DNA from: Octopus vulgaris
Lineage: Eukaryota
NCBI GenBank assembly: GCA_951406725.2
Contig: OX597815.1
Span: forward strand, 95,790,001 to 95,854,000
Direction: 5' to 3'
Length of the DNA stretch: 64,000 nt
Of this stretch, positions 28,915 to 41,891 are shown in pieces. Within the stretch, counting starts at the first letter, position 1. Every line of letters begins with the position of its first letter. Below the pieces are notes generated by a model, which saw nothing but the letters and a program-made list of their open reading frames with translations, had not been told where the DNA came from and did not search any database. A program made the position numbers and the translations under genes.

Positions 28915-30862
28915 ATTTATATATATATATGTATGTATATATTTATATACAAATTACAGAGTAGACTTACACAGCGTACTGAGACACAAAACAATTAATG
29001 GGATAAGGTATAGTGTTAGTTGTCCGATACCTGTTTCTGGAGACTCGGATTTACGTCATAATGCTGGCAGGTATAATCAAGGACAAGCAGCCAGTAGTGG
29101 AGGCATATGCACATTAGGTAAATCCAGCCTCCCCTAAGACGGACGCAGGGTTTATCTAATGTTTATAAGCTTCTAACACTGGTGGCTGGTGAGTATTGAA
29201 GTTCGAGTCACTGGTTACGATTTCTTCATATATTTGGCACAAAAAGAGAGAAAAAACATGACGACCATGACCAACAATTAAACACACACCCATGCGCACA
29301 CTCGCACACATCCACATACATACCCACAAATAAATCAAGAGCTCACATAAACATCTACTATGTAACATGCTTGCACAAAAACATAAAAAAAGTGCTTAAT
29401 GGTATTGCACCTTCTTCACTTTCCTTTCAATGTTTTTGATTTCATTCGTCTTGTGTCTCGGAAGAACGGGCATAATATCCAAATATGAAATGCGTTTCAT
29501 TTCCTGTTTCATTAGCATGAAGTGAGTTATTATAATTTGTCACACCTAGCATTACGCGTGGCATTTTCTACAATATATATGCGTGTATTGGTTAGTGTGA
29601 GTGGGCGTGCGCAGGCGTCTTTACGCGAGTGCTATATGCTATACACAAGGATAGGGGAGAGGTAAAAGCGCATAAATAATATTCAGCAGTGACGAGATTG
29701 TGAATATTGACTACACAATACTCAAGTAATTTTCAGTAGATTACATTTATTGTAAGTATATAATAAACTGCCGTTCCTAATATTTTATTTAGTGGATGCA
29801 AATTGAAATGAACTAAAGTCACTAATTAGATATATGAAACTGATAAAATGAATTGTAATATTGATGTCCCATACGCTCTCTGAGAACGTGTACATTTCTC
29901 TTCAGATGCAGCAAACCAGAGAATAGCATGGAAATTTGGTCTGTGTCTCATTTTTACTACGATTAATATTTTCCGCAATAATTTTAAATATCAAGTTATT
30001 AAATTATAAAAGCATTGCCCCACTTCTCTATGGTCAAACTATTTAGGGCATAATTAGTGTATTTTCTTCACTTATCCACGACTACATAGCATAAAGTAAT
30101 TTTTTGCTTCAGATATAATCTAAGTTTTTAGTGATATTTGATCGCTATTTCTGGGAGGAATATGTATTCAATCAGACAATCATACTACGCAATGTCTGTG
30201 ATATGATGTTTATATTATAGCCAGAAACAATGTCGATAGATGTGGCGGGAATTTCCGTTTTGTTTCCTTTGCAGGGTTAAGTCAGCGCTTGTTTTTAGAC
30301 ATAAAACTACTCCACTCAAACTTCGAGCTACTCACTATGGGATGACCACTATACATCCTTGTTTGAGAGATCCATTTTTAACATAGGTCATTTCCATAAA
30401 AAGCCCATATCAATATTCAACACAATAGTTTGAGAATATTTAACCAAAATACAATGCTAATATATTAATGTGCGTTGACCTGAATAAAAAATACAGTAAT
30501 GTTTCATGACTGTTGTCATTCTAAAGTTTTGCAATAGAGTGCTCTTGCTTATAACACGCTCTTACCAACTTCCACACCTTTACAACATGAAATTCTGTGT
30601 TCTCTATAATACTTGCATCTTTTCTACCTTCCCCATACAATAGCCATTCCTGCAGTGCTCTGCTTGTTATAAGTAGCCATGATGTAAGTAGCATTAATTT
30701 TCTTAGGTTATTGAATTTTTTCCTCGGGTTGTCAATAGACCAATTGAGTAAACTTATCAGTAATTCAGTAATGTACTTTTAATGACTCCTGGAAGCAGCT
30801 GTAAGCCAACTTTGATCCAACAAAGAAAACCTATGTAATAACCATTATTTTAAACTTGTTTC

Positions 30863-30912
<50 letters not shown>

Positions 30913-30913
<1 letters not shown>

Positions 30914-31132
30914 GATTGGTAAAAACGGTAAGATAACAAAAGAAAGAAAGAGACCTCAATATTATGTAAATGGAGGAAATGTATCTATAAAATATGTTAC
31001 AATTACCCAATAGTCAAGATAAAACTCTGGGTTTCAGAGATGGCCAGATAACCGAAGAGATGGTGTTGTGGATTTCACTGCGGCCTCTGAAACACAGAGT
31101 TTTATCTTGACTATTGAGTAATTGTAACATAT

Positions 31133-31140
<8 letters not shown>
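30913..31140. mobile_element. Miniature head-to-head HHR palindrome inserted in (AT)n
   Basis: Arms ~30992-31045 and ~31082-31131 are reverse complements; HHR-like 31046-31107 agataa-CCGAAGA-..-GAAA-cacagag-TT-ttatct; extra sequence 30913-30990 on the left only. Confidence 0.7.
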
Positions 31141-31184
<44 letters not shown>

Positions 31185-31608
31185 TGTCTTTGCACTCTTT
31201 TACTTGTTTCAGTCATTTGACTGCGGCCATGCTGGAGCATCGCCTTTAGTCGAGCGAATCGGCACCAGGACTTATTCTTTGTATGCCTAGTATTTATTTT
31301 ATCGGTCTCTTTTGCCAAATCGCTATGTTGCTGTGACGTAAACACGCCAGCATCGGTTGTCAAGTGATGTTGGGGGGACAAACACAGACACATAAGCACA
31401 CACACACACACACACATACACACACACGCATATATATATATATATATACATATATAAGTCGGGCTTCTTTCAGTTTCCATCTACCAAATCCACTCACAAG
31501 GCTTTGGTCGGCCAGAGCTATAGGAGAAGACACTTGCCCAAGGTGCCACGCATTGGTACTGAATCCAGAACCATGTGGTTCGTAAGCAAGCTACTTACCA
31601 CACAGCCA
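31185..31608 (-). mobile_element. tRNA-derived SINE (same family as 10913-11317)
   Basis: Aligns by eye over its length to 10913-11317. Confidence 0.85.
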
Positions 31609-31611
31609 ATA

Positions 31612-31641
<30 letters not shown>

Positions 31642-31642
<1 letters not shown>

Positions 31643-31929
31643 GGAGGCGCAATGGCCCAGTGGGTAGGGCAGCGGACTCGCGGTTTCGATTCCCAGACTG
31701 GGCGTTGTGAGTGTTTATTGAGCCAAAACACCTAAAGCTCCACGAGGCCCCGGCAGAGGGTGATGGCGATCCCTGCTGTACTCTTTCGCGACAGCTTTCC
31801 CTCACTCTTTCTTCTGTTGGCCTGCTCGCTTAGCCAGCTGGGTGGCGTCATTTGAAGGCTAAAACAATGCGAAACGCATTGTGACCGGCGATGTGTAACA
31901 ACATCTGATAGCCTGGTCGGTCACGTGAT

Positions 31930-31936
<7 letters not shown>
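31642..31936 (+). mobile_element. Second tRNA-derived SINE family
   Basis: A box TGGCCCAGTGG, B box TTTCGATTCCC, ~295 bp, inserted in (AT)n, ends with CACGTGATCACGTGA. Confidence 0.65.
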
Positions 31937-31974
<38 letters not shown>

Positions 31975-31975
<1 letters not shown>

Positions 31976-33015
31976 GAAGTTAAAATGTACTGAGAATAAG
32001 TAACATAATTTTTATCAATATATTTAAAGATTTAACCGGTTTCGCAGTTTTCACTGATTTTCAAAATGTTCAGATAGAAAGACGTGGTTTTATATCGCTT
32101 CTGTCTTCCTTCTGACTAGTGTTTGATGTTTGCCCTATTATTACATGGTGTTCATGGCTGAAATTAGGTTTTGAATATGATTTGATTGGTAGAGGATAGT
32201 CACATAACACCTTTAAAAATCGTATAGGTTCCCCGCTACGTCCGTGTGTTAGTATCAAGTGACAATGTTTGGCATTGTAAGCTAAGGCTGACATGGTTGA
32301 CTGAACCTGTCCAAACGATCAATACTCTAAATGTTTCCTGTCAGGTGTTTGTAGAGAATGAACACATGATTAAGTTTACAACGTTTTGTACGTTTACCAA
32401 TGCATTAGCGTGTTAGTTTCACGTGTCAGCATAACAACCTAAACTTTAACCATAGGAATATATATGAACGACTCCTGTCCACTCACCCACAAGACAGATT
32501 AAATTTGGAGTGTCTTGATTACAACTAAACATGCTCACTCAACCGTGTCGGCCCTGTTTTTAGGCGCAAAACATACTGTCACGGGACACTAACGCACGAA
32601 CGTAGCGGGAAACGTACAAAATGTTTTAAACTTATCATGTGTTCATTCTCTACAAACACTTGACAAAAAGCATTCAGAGCGTTAATTGTTTGGATATGTT
32701 CAGTCAACCATGTCAGCTTTAACTTCTGTCGCCAAACATTGTCACTTGATACTAACACACAGACGTAGAGGGGAGCCTTAAAAATTTAAGAGTATTCATG
32801 TGACTATCATCTACCAATCAAATCCTATTCATAACATAATAATTTGAGCCATGAACTCCCTATAGAAATAGGGCAAGCTTCAAACTCTTGTCAGAAGCAA
32901 TTCAGATGCGACATAAGCTACGTCTTTCAATTTGAACGTTTTGGAAATAAGTATATTAATACAAAAATATTAATACAAAAATATTCAAACTATTCTCAGT
33001 GCATTTTGAACTTTT
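31975..33015. repeat. Old, diverged ~1-kb inverted repeat (PLE-type palindrome)
   Basis: gtgtttgtagagaatgaacacatgat (32345) pairs with atcatgtgttcattctctacaaacac (32634); homology extends out to 31978/33012; HHR-like motif at 32030-32068 (-). Confidence 0.8.
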
Positions 33016-33065
33016 GTCTTTCGTATATTTCTACCAGTGAAGAATATATAACTTTGTTTTCTATG

Positions 33066-33096
<31 letters not shown>

Positions 33097-33866
33097 GTAT
33101 GTATGTATCTATCTATCTATCTATCTATATATGCATATATATCTGCATGTATGCATATATACATGTGCATATATTTGTATATATAAGCAAACACAAGCGT
33201 ACATACACATGCACACACAAACAGATACACACGTATGAAACATAACGAAAATATCGTTTAAAGTATACTTAGATAAGATAAGAACGTGAATTGAAATGTA
33301 GCCAGACCATTTAAGTATGCATTAACGGTTTAGCGGACTTCACTCATTATTAATTATAAATTAGTTGAAAATAGTCGGTTTCGATGAAGTGATATGAACT
33401 TTTAAGACACCGTCACTTATTAAATATAGTTAATTTGCTGTTAATTTAAATCTACGAAATTGTATCGATGAAGTCACATCGTAAAGTGCGTAATTCACAT
33501 ATAATAGCCTCACAAGTGTATTCTAAAGACCTAAGGGAATTCAAGCATTGAATTCGTTGTCATGCCAATGTTAAAATGTCCTGATATCATTATTTGCAAT
33601 GCTAATGAGTCAATCAATCAACATTCTTATGCTAATGAAAATTTCATGAAGTGATTAATCGTTTAGAACTGTCTGAAAAAATAACTAATTAATTGTGTTT
33701 GAAATTTTAATTCAAGGGTAGCTTTATAAATGATTCTATCGATGAAATAATATTTAAAAAAATCTTTTGAGGAACAAAATATTTACATGTGTTTAGTATT
33801 ATTTGTGCATAATAATGATGTTATAACGGACTCGACCACACTTTATACCCACGTACAGCAATTGAA

Positions 33867-33869
<3 letters not shown>

Positions 33870-33943
<74 letters not shown>

Positions 33944-34013
33944 ATGTATATATATGTATGTACATATATATATATGTATATATATATATATATGTATGTA
34001 TATATATATGTAA

Positions 34014-34054
<41 letters not shown>

Positions 34055-34201
34055 AATATATATACATATATATATATGTATATATATATATGTGTATATA
34101 TATATGTATGTACATATAAATATGTATATATATGTATATATATATGTATGTACATATAAATATGCATATATATGTATATATATATATGTAAATATATATA
34201 C

Positions 34202-34232
<31 letters not shown>

Positions 34233-34236
34233 CATA

Positions 34237-34318
<82 letters not shown>
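33870..34318. repeat. Long (AT)n-rich microsatellite flanking the PLE palindrome
   Basis: Directly visible. Confidence 0.95.
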
Positions 34319-34319
<1 letters not shown>

Positions 34320-34390
34320 AAAAAAGGAAATGAAGAAAATGCTGACAAATAATTGAAGTAGTAATTTAAGTAATTTAATTAGGTGAAAGT

Positions 34391-34437
34391 TCTTTTTACC
34401 GGTTGCGCATTTGTTATGCTTATCAAAATATAAAAGA
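34391..34437 (-). ncRNA. Variant hammerhead-like motif (mirror of 39871-39917)
   Basis: Reverse complement of 39871-39917. Confidence 0.45.
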
Positions 34438-35145
34438 GAGATTAGAGTCTGTCTCTTATATGTGAAAAAAAGAGGCTCCAGAGTTGTTTGGGATTTGCTT
34501 GGTTTCGCGCCTAAAATTTTGATTGGTCATCATGAAGGGGTCACGTGAATGTTTGAATGGAAGTTGGTGTTGGGGTAAGAAAAAAGGCTCCAGAGAAGTT
34601 AAAATTTGGCTAGTGTCCCGCCTAAAATTTCTTATTGGCCATAATAAAGAGGTCACGTGAATGTTTAGAATTTTCGAAAATAGTGTTGTTGAAAATTCTT
34701 ATTGTTCAGGCTGGTCAGTAGACGTCATGTGGATATTTTAAATAGCTTTTTAGCGCGTAGTTAGGGAGTGTATTTTCCGCTTGACTGGATAAGTAAGTTC
34801 GTTTAGAACAGGGAGAGCTGTATGTATGTATGTGTGTGCGCGCGCGCGCGCGTGTGTGTTTATATGTATGTTGGGGCGCGCGCGCGTGTATATATGTGTG
34901 TGTGTGTGGGTACAATTTTCAATATTTATAGTTCTGCTGGCCTTGTGCCTGTATCGGGAAGCAACGTATTTGTGTGAAGTCAATATTTACAGCCATTTCC
35001 AAAAAATAGTGTTGGATGTTTTGCACCCGTATTCAATTATGTGTATGTGTGGAACCATATATTTGTGTGTGTCATGGTGTTAATATCTGGGTAAAGGTGT
35101 GTGTAGGGTGTGTGCAGGTGTAAGTGTGTTTGTTGTGGGTTCGTG

Positions 35146-37328
35146 TTAGGGGCATGTGTTTAGAAGTGGTCTGTATTTATTAATAAGGTGGGATTCCATG
35201 GTTATTCGCTGGGTATGAGTGGCATTGTCTTTAAATTTGTAGAGGGGAAAGATTCTAAAATTGGGATGGAGTTGTGCGGCACAGGTATCAATATGTGCAC
35301 TAAATGCTATTTTTCTATATTCCTGTATTTTTATTTGGGATCTGTGGACAGTCATGCGTTGGCGGAGGCTATTTTTTGTTTGGCCTATGTAGTGTTCATT
35401 ACAGCCCGAGCAAGTTAAGACATATACTAGGTTTTCTGATGCGCATGTGAAGTTGTGTTTTACTGTGAAACGTTGTCCTTGTTTAAAAAGGAATTCCGGA
35501 CCTTCTATTAGGTTGATGCATATACCACAGTTGGGTCTATTGCATTTGTTTACTGTGGGTTTAGTTGTTGTGGTTGGCAGTACTTTGGCATTTGTTAGGA
35601 TGGTTTTCAATGATTTGGGTTGCCTTTTGCTCTTTATGATTTCGTGTGTTAGGAGGATTTGGTTCATTCTATGGTCCTTTTGTAATACAGGAATGTTCTG
35701 GAGGATGGTGTCAAAAGCTTCATTGTTGAGGGGGTTGTGTGTAGAGATGTATGGTAGAGTATGGGGTTTCGATGTAACAGGTTTAGGGCGTCTAAGTTCC
35801 TGCGTGCTGAGTTTTAGGGCGCGTTGGATCCCATTGTCAATTAGTGACGTGGGGTAATCCCTGCTTGTTAATGTGCCCTTGAGTTCTTGTAGACGTAAGA
35901 GACGGGTGTTTTTATTGGAGACTATAGTGCAAATTCTCTTGGCTAAGTTGTAGGGAATGTTAATTTTAACGTGTCTAGGGTGGCATGAATTGAAAGGGAG
36001 GTATTGCTTGGAGTCATGTCTGTTTCTATTTTTTTGTTGTGAATTTTAATGAGGATGTCGAGGAAGGGAATTTGTTGAGGGCTGTATTCCATTGTGAAAA
36101 TAATGTTTGTGTTGAGCCCATTTATAAGAGTGTGAAATTCGTTAAGCTTCTCGACGGTTTCGGGCCAAAGGATGAAGCAGTCATCAAGATATCTCTTCCA
36201 GTTCTTCTCTATGTGTGTGTGGAGAGTGGTGCCAAATTGGTTAAGAACGTTATTATAGAGGGTGATTTCCAGGTATCCCATGACTAAGTTGGCGTAAGTG
36301 GGAGCTGTTTTCGTTCCCATTGCCGTCCCTGATTTCTGTCTGTAGAATTTGTTGTTGAAGGTGAAGAAATTATTCTCTAAGATGAATTTGAGTCCTTCTA
36401 AAATAAATTCCTTTTTGATGCGGTGTGGGAGTTCGTTGGAGTAATTATCCAGCCAGAATTGGATAGCTTCTATTCCTAGGTTGTGGGGGATGTTGGAGTA
36501 AAGATTGACTACATCGAATGTTACTAGCAGGGTTTGTTCAGCAAGAAGTGTATTGGGGAGGTGGTTGAGCATATCTAGATCGTCCCTTATGTAGCTTTTA
36601 ATGTGTTTGAGGAACGGCTTGAGAAGGGTATCAATGAAGTTGCTAAGGCGGTGGGTTTCGCAAGCGGGACCTGCTATTATAGGTCTCAATTTGAGGTCAT
36701 TTGGTGAGGGGACATTGATTACAGAGTTTGTGGCTTCCTTGCATGCCTTACTTATTAATTCGCTTTTATGAATTTTGGGAATACCGTAGAAGAGGCTGGT
36801 TTTACTAGTGAAATTTGTGATGAAGTTGAATTCTTTGTTAGTTAGTTCTTCTTTGTGGGGGTTGATCAGGGTTTTTAAGTTTCTCATAATTTTCTGTTGA
36901 TTGTAGTGTTCAGCCTTTTCGTAATATGTTCCATTTTCGAAGGTGGAGAGTGCTAAGTTGATATAGTATTCTGTCTCCATTAAGACTACTGCACTTCCTT
37001 TATCGGCCTCTTTAATGGTGATAGATCTTTCATTTTTTAATTTGTTTAATTCTTCCCACTCTTTCTTGTTGAGGTTTGGTTTGGGTTTTGGTTTGTGTAA
37101 GTGTTGGTAGGGGAAGTTTGTAATGTGCTCACAGAATTCGTCTAGGATTTTATTTCTACCTTTTCGTGGGGTGTAGTTGCTTTTATTTCTAGCTAGTGAA
37201 TCATCCTCTTTGTGCTGGTCGAATAGTTCCTCACTAAGTCGCAATTTTCTACAAAATTCTGTAATGTCTTCCTTCATTTCGTAGTAGTTTGGACGTGGGG
37301 GGGGGGTGTGAATTTCAGACCTTTGGAG
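35146..37328 (-). pseudogene. PLE RT/GIY-YIG ORF, left copy, 5'-truncated and frameshifted
   Basis: SKGLKFTP, IKEADKG, LRPII, FDVVNLYSNIP, GTAMGT..APTYANL, WKRYLDD; frameshift at ~36015; then SKQYLPFNSCHPRH, CNRPNCGIC linker and LVYVLTCSGC..YIGQT..R..H..H..E..N endonuclease (35146-35667). Confidence 0.93.
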
Positions 37329-39158
37329 ACAGAATACTATATCAACTTAGCACTCTCCACCTTGGAAAATGGAACATATTACGAAAAGGCTGAACACTAC
37401 AATCAACAGAAAATTATGAGAAACTTAAAAACCCTGATCAACCCCCACAAAGAAGAACTAACTAACAAAGAATTCAACTTCATCACAAATTTCACTAGTA
37501 AAACCAGCCTCTTCTACGGTATTCCCAAAATTCATAAAAGCGAATTAATAAGTAAGGCATGCAAAGAAGCCACAAACTCTGTAATCAATGTCCCCTCACC
37601 AAATGACCTCAAATTGAGACCTATAATAGCAGGTCCCGCTTGCGAAACCCACCGCCTTAGCAACTTCATTGATACCCTTCTCAAGCCGTTCCTCAAACAC
37701 ATTAAAAGCTACATAAGGGACGATCTAGATATGCTCAACCACCTCCCCAATACACTTCTTGCTGAACAAACCCTGCTAGTAACATTCGATGTAGTCAATC
37801 TTTACTCCAACATCCCCCACAACCTAGGAATAGAAGCTATCCAATTCTGGCTGGATAATTACTCCAACGAACTCCCACACCGCATCAAAAAGGAATTTAT
37901 TTTAGAAGGACTCAAATTCATCTTAGAGAATAATTTCTTCACCTTCAACAACAAATTCTACAGACAGAAATCAGGGACGGCAATGGGAACGAAAACAGCT
38001 CCCACTTACGCCAACTTAGTCATGGGATACCTGGAAATCACCCTCTATAATAACGTTCTTAACCAATTTGGCACCACTCTCCACACACACATAGAGAAGA
38101 ACTGGAAGATATATCTTGATGACTGCTTCATCCTTTGGCCCGAAACCGTCGAGAAGCTTAACGAATTTCACACTCTTATAAATGGGCTCAACACAAACAT
38201 TATTTTCACAATGGAATACAGCCCTCAACAAATTCCCTTCCTCGACATCCTCATTAAAATTCACAACAAAAAAATAGAAACAGACATGACTCCAAGCAAT
38301 ACCTCCCTTTCAATTCATGCCACCCTAGACACGTTAAAATTAACATTCCCTACAACTTAGCCAAGAGAATTTGCACTATAGTCTCCAATAAAAACACCCG
38401 TCTCTAACGTCTACAAGAACTCAAGGGCACATTAACAAGCAGGGATTACCCCACGTCACTAATTGACAATGGGATCCAACGCGCCCTAAAAACTCAGCAC
38501 GCAGGAACTTAGACGCCCTAAACCTGTTACATCGAAACCCCATACTCTACCATACATCTCTACACACAACCCCCTCAACAATGAAGCTTTTGACACCATC
38601 CTCCAGAACATTCCTGTATTACAAAAGGACCATAGAATGAACCAAATCCTCCTAACACACGAAATCATAAAGAGCAAAAGGCAACCCAAATCATTGAAAA
38701 CCATCCTAACAAATGCCAAAGTACTGCCAACCACAACAACTAAACCCACAGTAAACAAATGCAATAGACCCAACTGTGGTATATGCATCAACCTAATAGA
38801 AGGTCCGGAATTCCTTTTTAAACAAGGACAACGTTTCACAGTAAAACACAACTTCACATGCGCATCAGAAAACCTAGTATATGTCTTAACTTGCTCGGGC
38901 TGTAATGAACACTACATAGGCCAAACAAAAAATAGCCTCCACCAACGCATGACTGTCCACAGATCCCAAATAAAAATACAGGAATATAGAAAAATAGCAT
39001 TTAGTGCACATATTGATACCTGTGCCGCACAACTCCATCCCAATTTTAGAATCTTTCCCCTCTACAAATTTAAAGACAATGCCACTCATACCCAGCGAAT
39101 AACCATGGAATCCCACCTTATTAATAAATACAGACCACTTCTAAACACATGCCCCTAA
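37324..39158 (+). pseudogene. PLE RT/GIY-YIG ORF, right copy, more 5'-truncated
   Basis: ORFs 37308-38360 and 38637-39158; same frameshift at ~38287 plus a private TAA at 38405-38407. Confidence 0.93.
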
Positions 39159-39641
39159 CACGAACCCACAACAAACACACTTACACCTGCACACACCCTA
39201 CACACACCTTTACCCAGATATTAACACCATGACACACACAAATATATGGTTCCACACATACACATAATTGAATACGGGTGCAAAACATCCAACACTATTT
39301 TTTGGAAATGGCTGTAAATATTGACTTCACACAAATACGTTGCTTCCCGATACAGGCACAAGGCCAGCAGAACTATAAATATTGAAAATTGTACCCACAC
39401 ACACACACATATATACACGCGCGCGCGCCCCAACATACATATAAACACACACGCGCGCGCGCGCACACACACATACATACATACATACAGCTCTCCCTGT
39501 TCTAAACGAACTTACTTATCCAGTCAAGCGGAAAATACACTCCCTAACTACGCGCTAAAAAGCTATTTAAAATATCCACATGACGTCTACTGACCAGCCT
39601 GAACAATAAGAATTTTCAACAACACTATTTTCGAAAATTCT

Positions 39642-39854
39642 AAACATTCACGTGACCTCTTTATTATGGCCAATAAGAAATTTTAGGCGGGACACTAGCC
39701 AAATTTTAACTTCTCTGGAGCCTTTTTTCTTACCCCAACACCAACTTCCATTCAAACATTCACGTGACCCCTTCATGATGACCAATCAAAATTTTAGGCG
39801 CGAAACCAAGCAAATCCCAAACAACTCTGGAGCCTCTTTTTTTCACATATAAGA
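39642..39854 (+). promoter_or_regulatory. Putative PLE pseudo-LTR promoter: duplicated E-box/CCAAT/E2F module plus TATA-like box
   Basis: TCACGTGA at 39648 and 39760; CCAAT at 39670 and 39782; GGCGGGA at 39686 and GGCGCGAAA at 39797; TATAAGA at 39848; mirrored at ~34454-34666. Confidence 0.55.
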
Positions 39855-39870
39855 GACAGACTCTAATCTC

Positions 39871-39917
39871 TCTTTTATATTTTGATAAGCATAACAAATG
39901 CGCAACCGGTAAAAAGA
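39871..39917 (+). ncRNA. Variant hammerhead-like motif (U3-A8, GCAA)
   Basis: tcttttatatt-TTGATAA-gcat(aacaa)atgc-GCAA-ccgg-TA-aaaaga at the position expected for a PLE HHR; stem I is weak. Confidence 0.45.
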
Positions 39918-40020
39918 ACTTTCACCTAATTAAATTACTTAAATTACTTCAATTATTTGTCAGCATTTTCTTCATTTCCTTTTTTATATATCACCACTCG
40001 TGTTCAACATCTCCTTTTTT

Positions 40021-40116
<96 letters not shown>

Positions 40117-40158
40117 TATATATATGTATGTATATATTTGTATATATATATCTGTATA

Positions 40159-40191
<33 letters not shown>

Positions 40192-40277
40192 GTAGGTCCC
40201 GGGTTGATTCGGGGTTAACCACAGTAAGTAAGGTACTCAATACATAGCAGAGTAAAATTAATTTATTATATAGAAGG

Positions 40278-40328
40278 AGCTTCTACAGGACTAGTACTGT
40301 TTCATTCAAGAGAAATCTTCAGGAAGCT
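40278..40328 (-). ncRNA. Type I hammerhead ribozyme motif
   Basis: Reverse complement of 44882-44932. Confidence 0.75.
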
Positions 40329-40729
40329 ATTTAACAAGAATTGTATTAGCATTTATACATTTAGGCAGGTTTAAGGAGTGGTGGTGGGGGACTTTTTGGG
40401 GTAGGCATAGCGCAAAATATCATACTTGGGGGAGTGGTCAAGGAGTCAGTGGTAAGTTAGATGAAAGAATAGATAAATAAAAAAATAAAAAAATAAAAAA
40501 TAAAAAAAAAAAAATAAAAAAATAAAATAAAATAAAAAAATAAAAAAATAAAAAATATAAAAAATATATATAAAAATATATATATATAAAATATATATAT
40601 AAAAAAATATATATATAAAAAAAGGGGGGATAGAGTTATAGGTAAATAAGGAGATTCTCACTTATACCTATACACACATGTATACGTATCTACACACACA
40701 TACATACATACACATATATATACACACAC

Positions 40730-40772
<43 letters not shown>

Positions 40773-41579
40773 CATATGTACACACATACATACATATCTA
40801 CATACACACATACATACACCCGCCCACATATACAAATTTATACACATGCACATGCCTATACCTGTCTACACATACACACACGTATATATGCATACACTCA
40901 CTCCCATGCATGCACGCATACACACATGTATATATATATATATATATATATACCCACGACCACACAAACATATATACACATAAAAATATATATTCATACG
41001 CACATACACTCATGCACACACAACACACCTAGTTCCCTATATACACATATTTACACCTATATATACATACACCCACATACACCTATGTACACATATATAT
41101 ATATAAACATATACACGCATACATATATATACATGTGTGCACATACATACATACACACATATATACATACACATACACATACACATGTGTACCTATACAT
41201 ACCTACACATACACACATACATACATACAAATATACATATACATATATATATATACAATCCAATACAGGCCCATTCCCTAATTTTAATTTTATTATCTTC
41301 ATTTATTACTTTTGTTATCTTTGATCGCTAGGGCTAAGAATCCTGGCAAAGGCTGCATGTCCATTTGTCTGTCTACTAGAAGGCAAGTACTCATTCCCGC
41401 ACGCACACTCATTAGCACGTACATTCACCCATTCGTACACTCATACACATACACGTACGCACGCGTTATATTCATACATACAAACATCTACATACGTTCA
41501 CGTATATACACATACGTACTCGTACCTACAGATTCGTGTCTCCACTTTAGGAGGCTAGTCTATACATATACACCAATAA

Positions 41580-41611
<32 letters not shown>

Positions 41612-41662
41612 CCGCATATACATACACACACACATATATATACTCCTACATACAGATACATA

Positions 41663-41704
<42 letters not shown>

Positions 41705-41854
41705 CACACACATACATACACATATATGTACATACACAAACATATATACACACACATATATATACATACACACATACACACATACATACGTATACATACA
41801 TACATACATCTATACATCCATACTTACATGCATTTATACGCATACACACACCCA

Positions 41855-41891
<37 letters not shown>

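Larger units (their letters stand above)
34315..40024. mobile_element. Penelope-like retroelement (RT plus C-terminal GIY-YIG; Neptune/Naiad-like) as a head-to-head inverted duplication
   Basis: Arms ~34318-36979 and 37324-~39988 are near-identical reverse complements; spacer 36980-37323 continues the left copy 5'; ~35-nt tail 39989-40024 on the right only; (AT)n on both sides. Confidence 0.95.

Noticed and set aside
29018-29086. Hairpin with GAAA resembling a type III hammerhead
   Set aside because: Cleavage triplet and CUGANGA are not recognisable.
37308-37323. Apparent start of the 350-aa RT ORF (MNFRPL)
   Set aside because: These codons are the antisense strand of the left copy fused at the inversion junction, not a real N-terminus.
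34318-39988. A-to-I editing signature between palindrome arms
   Set aside because: Only two of the few differences are A/G; too few to support this.
38637-39990. Possible selenoprotein/SECIS as reported for some Naiad PLEs
   Set aside because: The endonuclease cysteines are ordinary TGY codons, no in-frame TGA is seen, and I could not fold a convincing SECIS.
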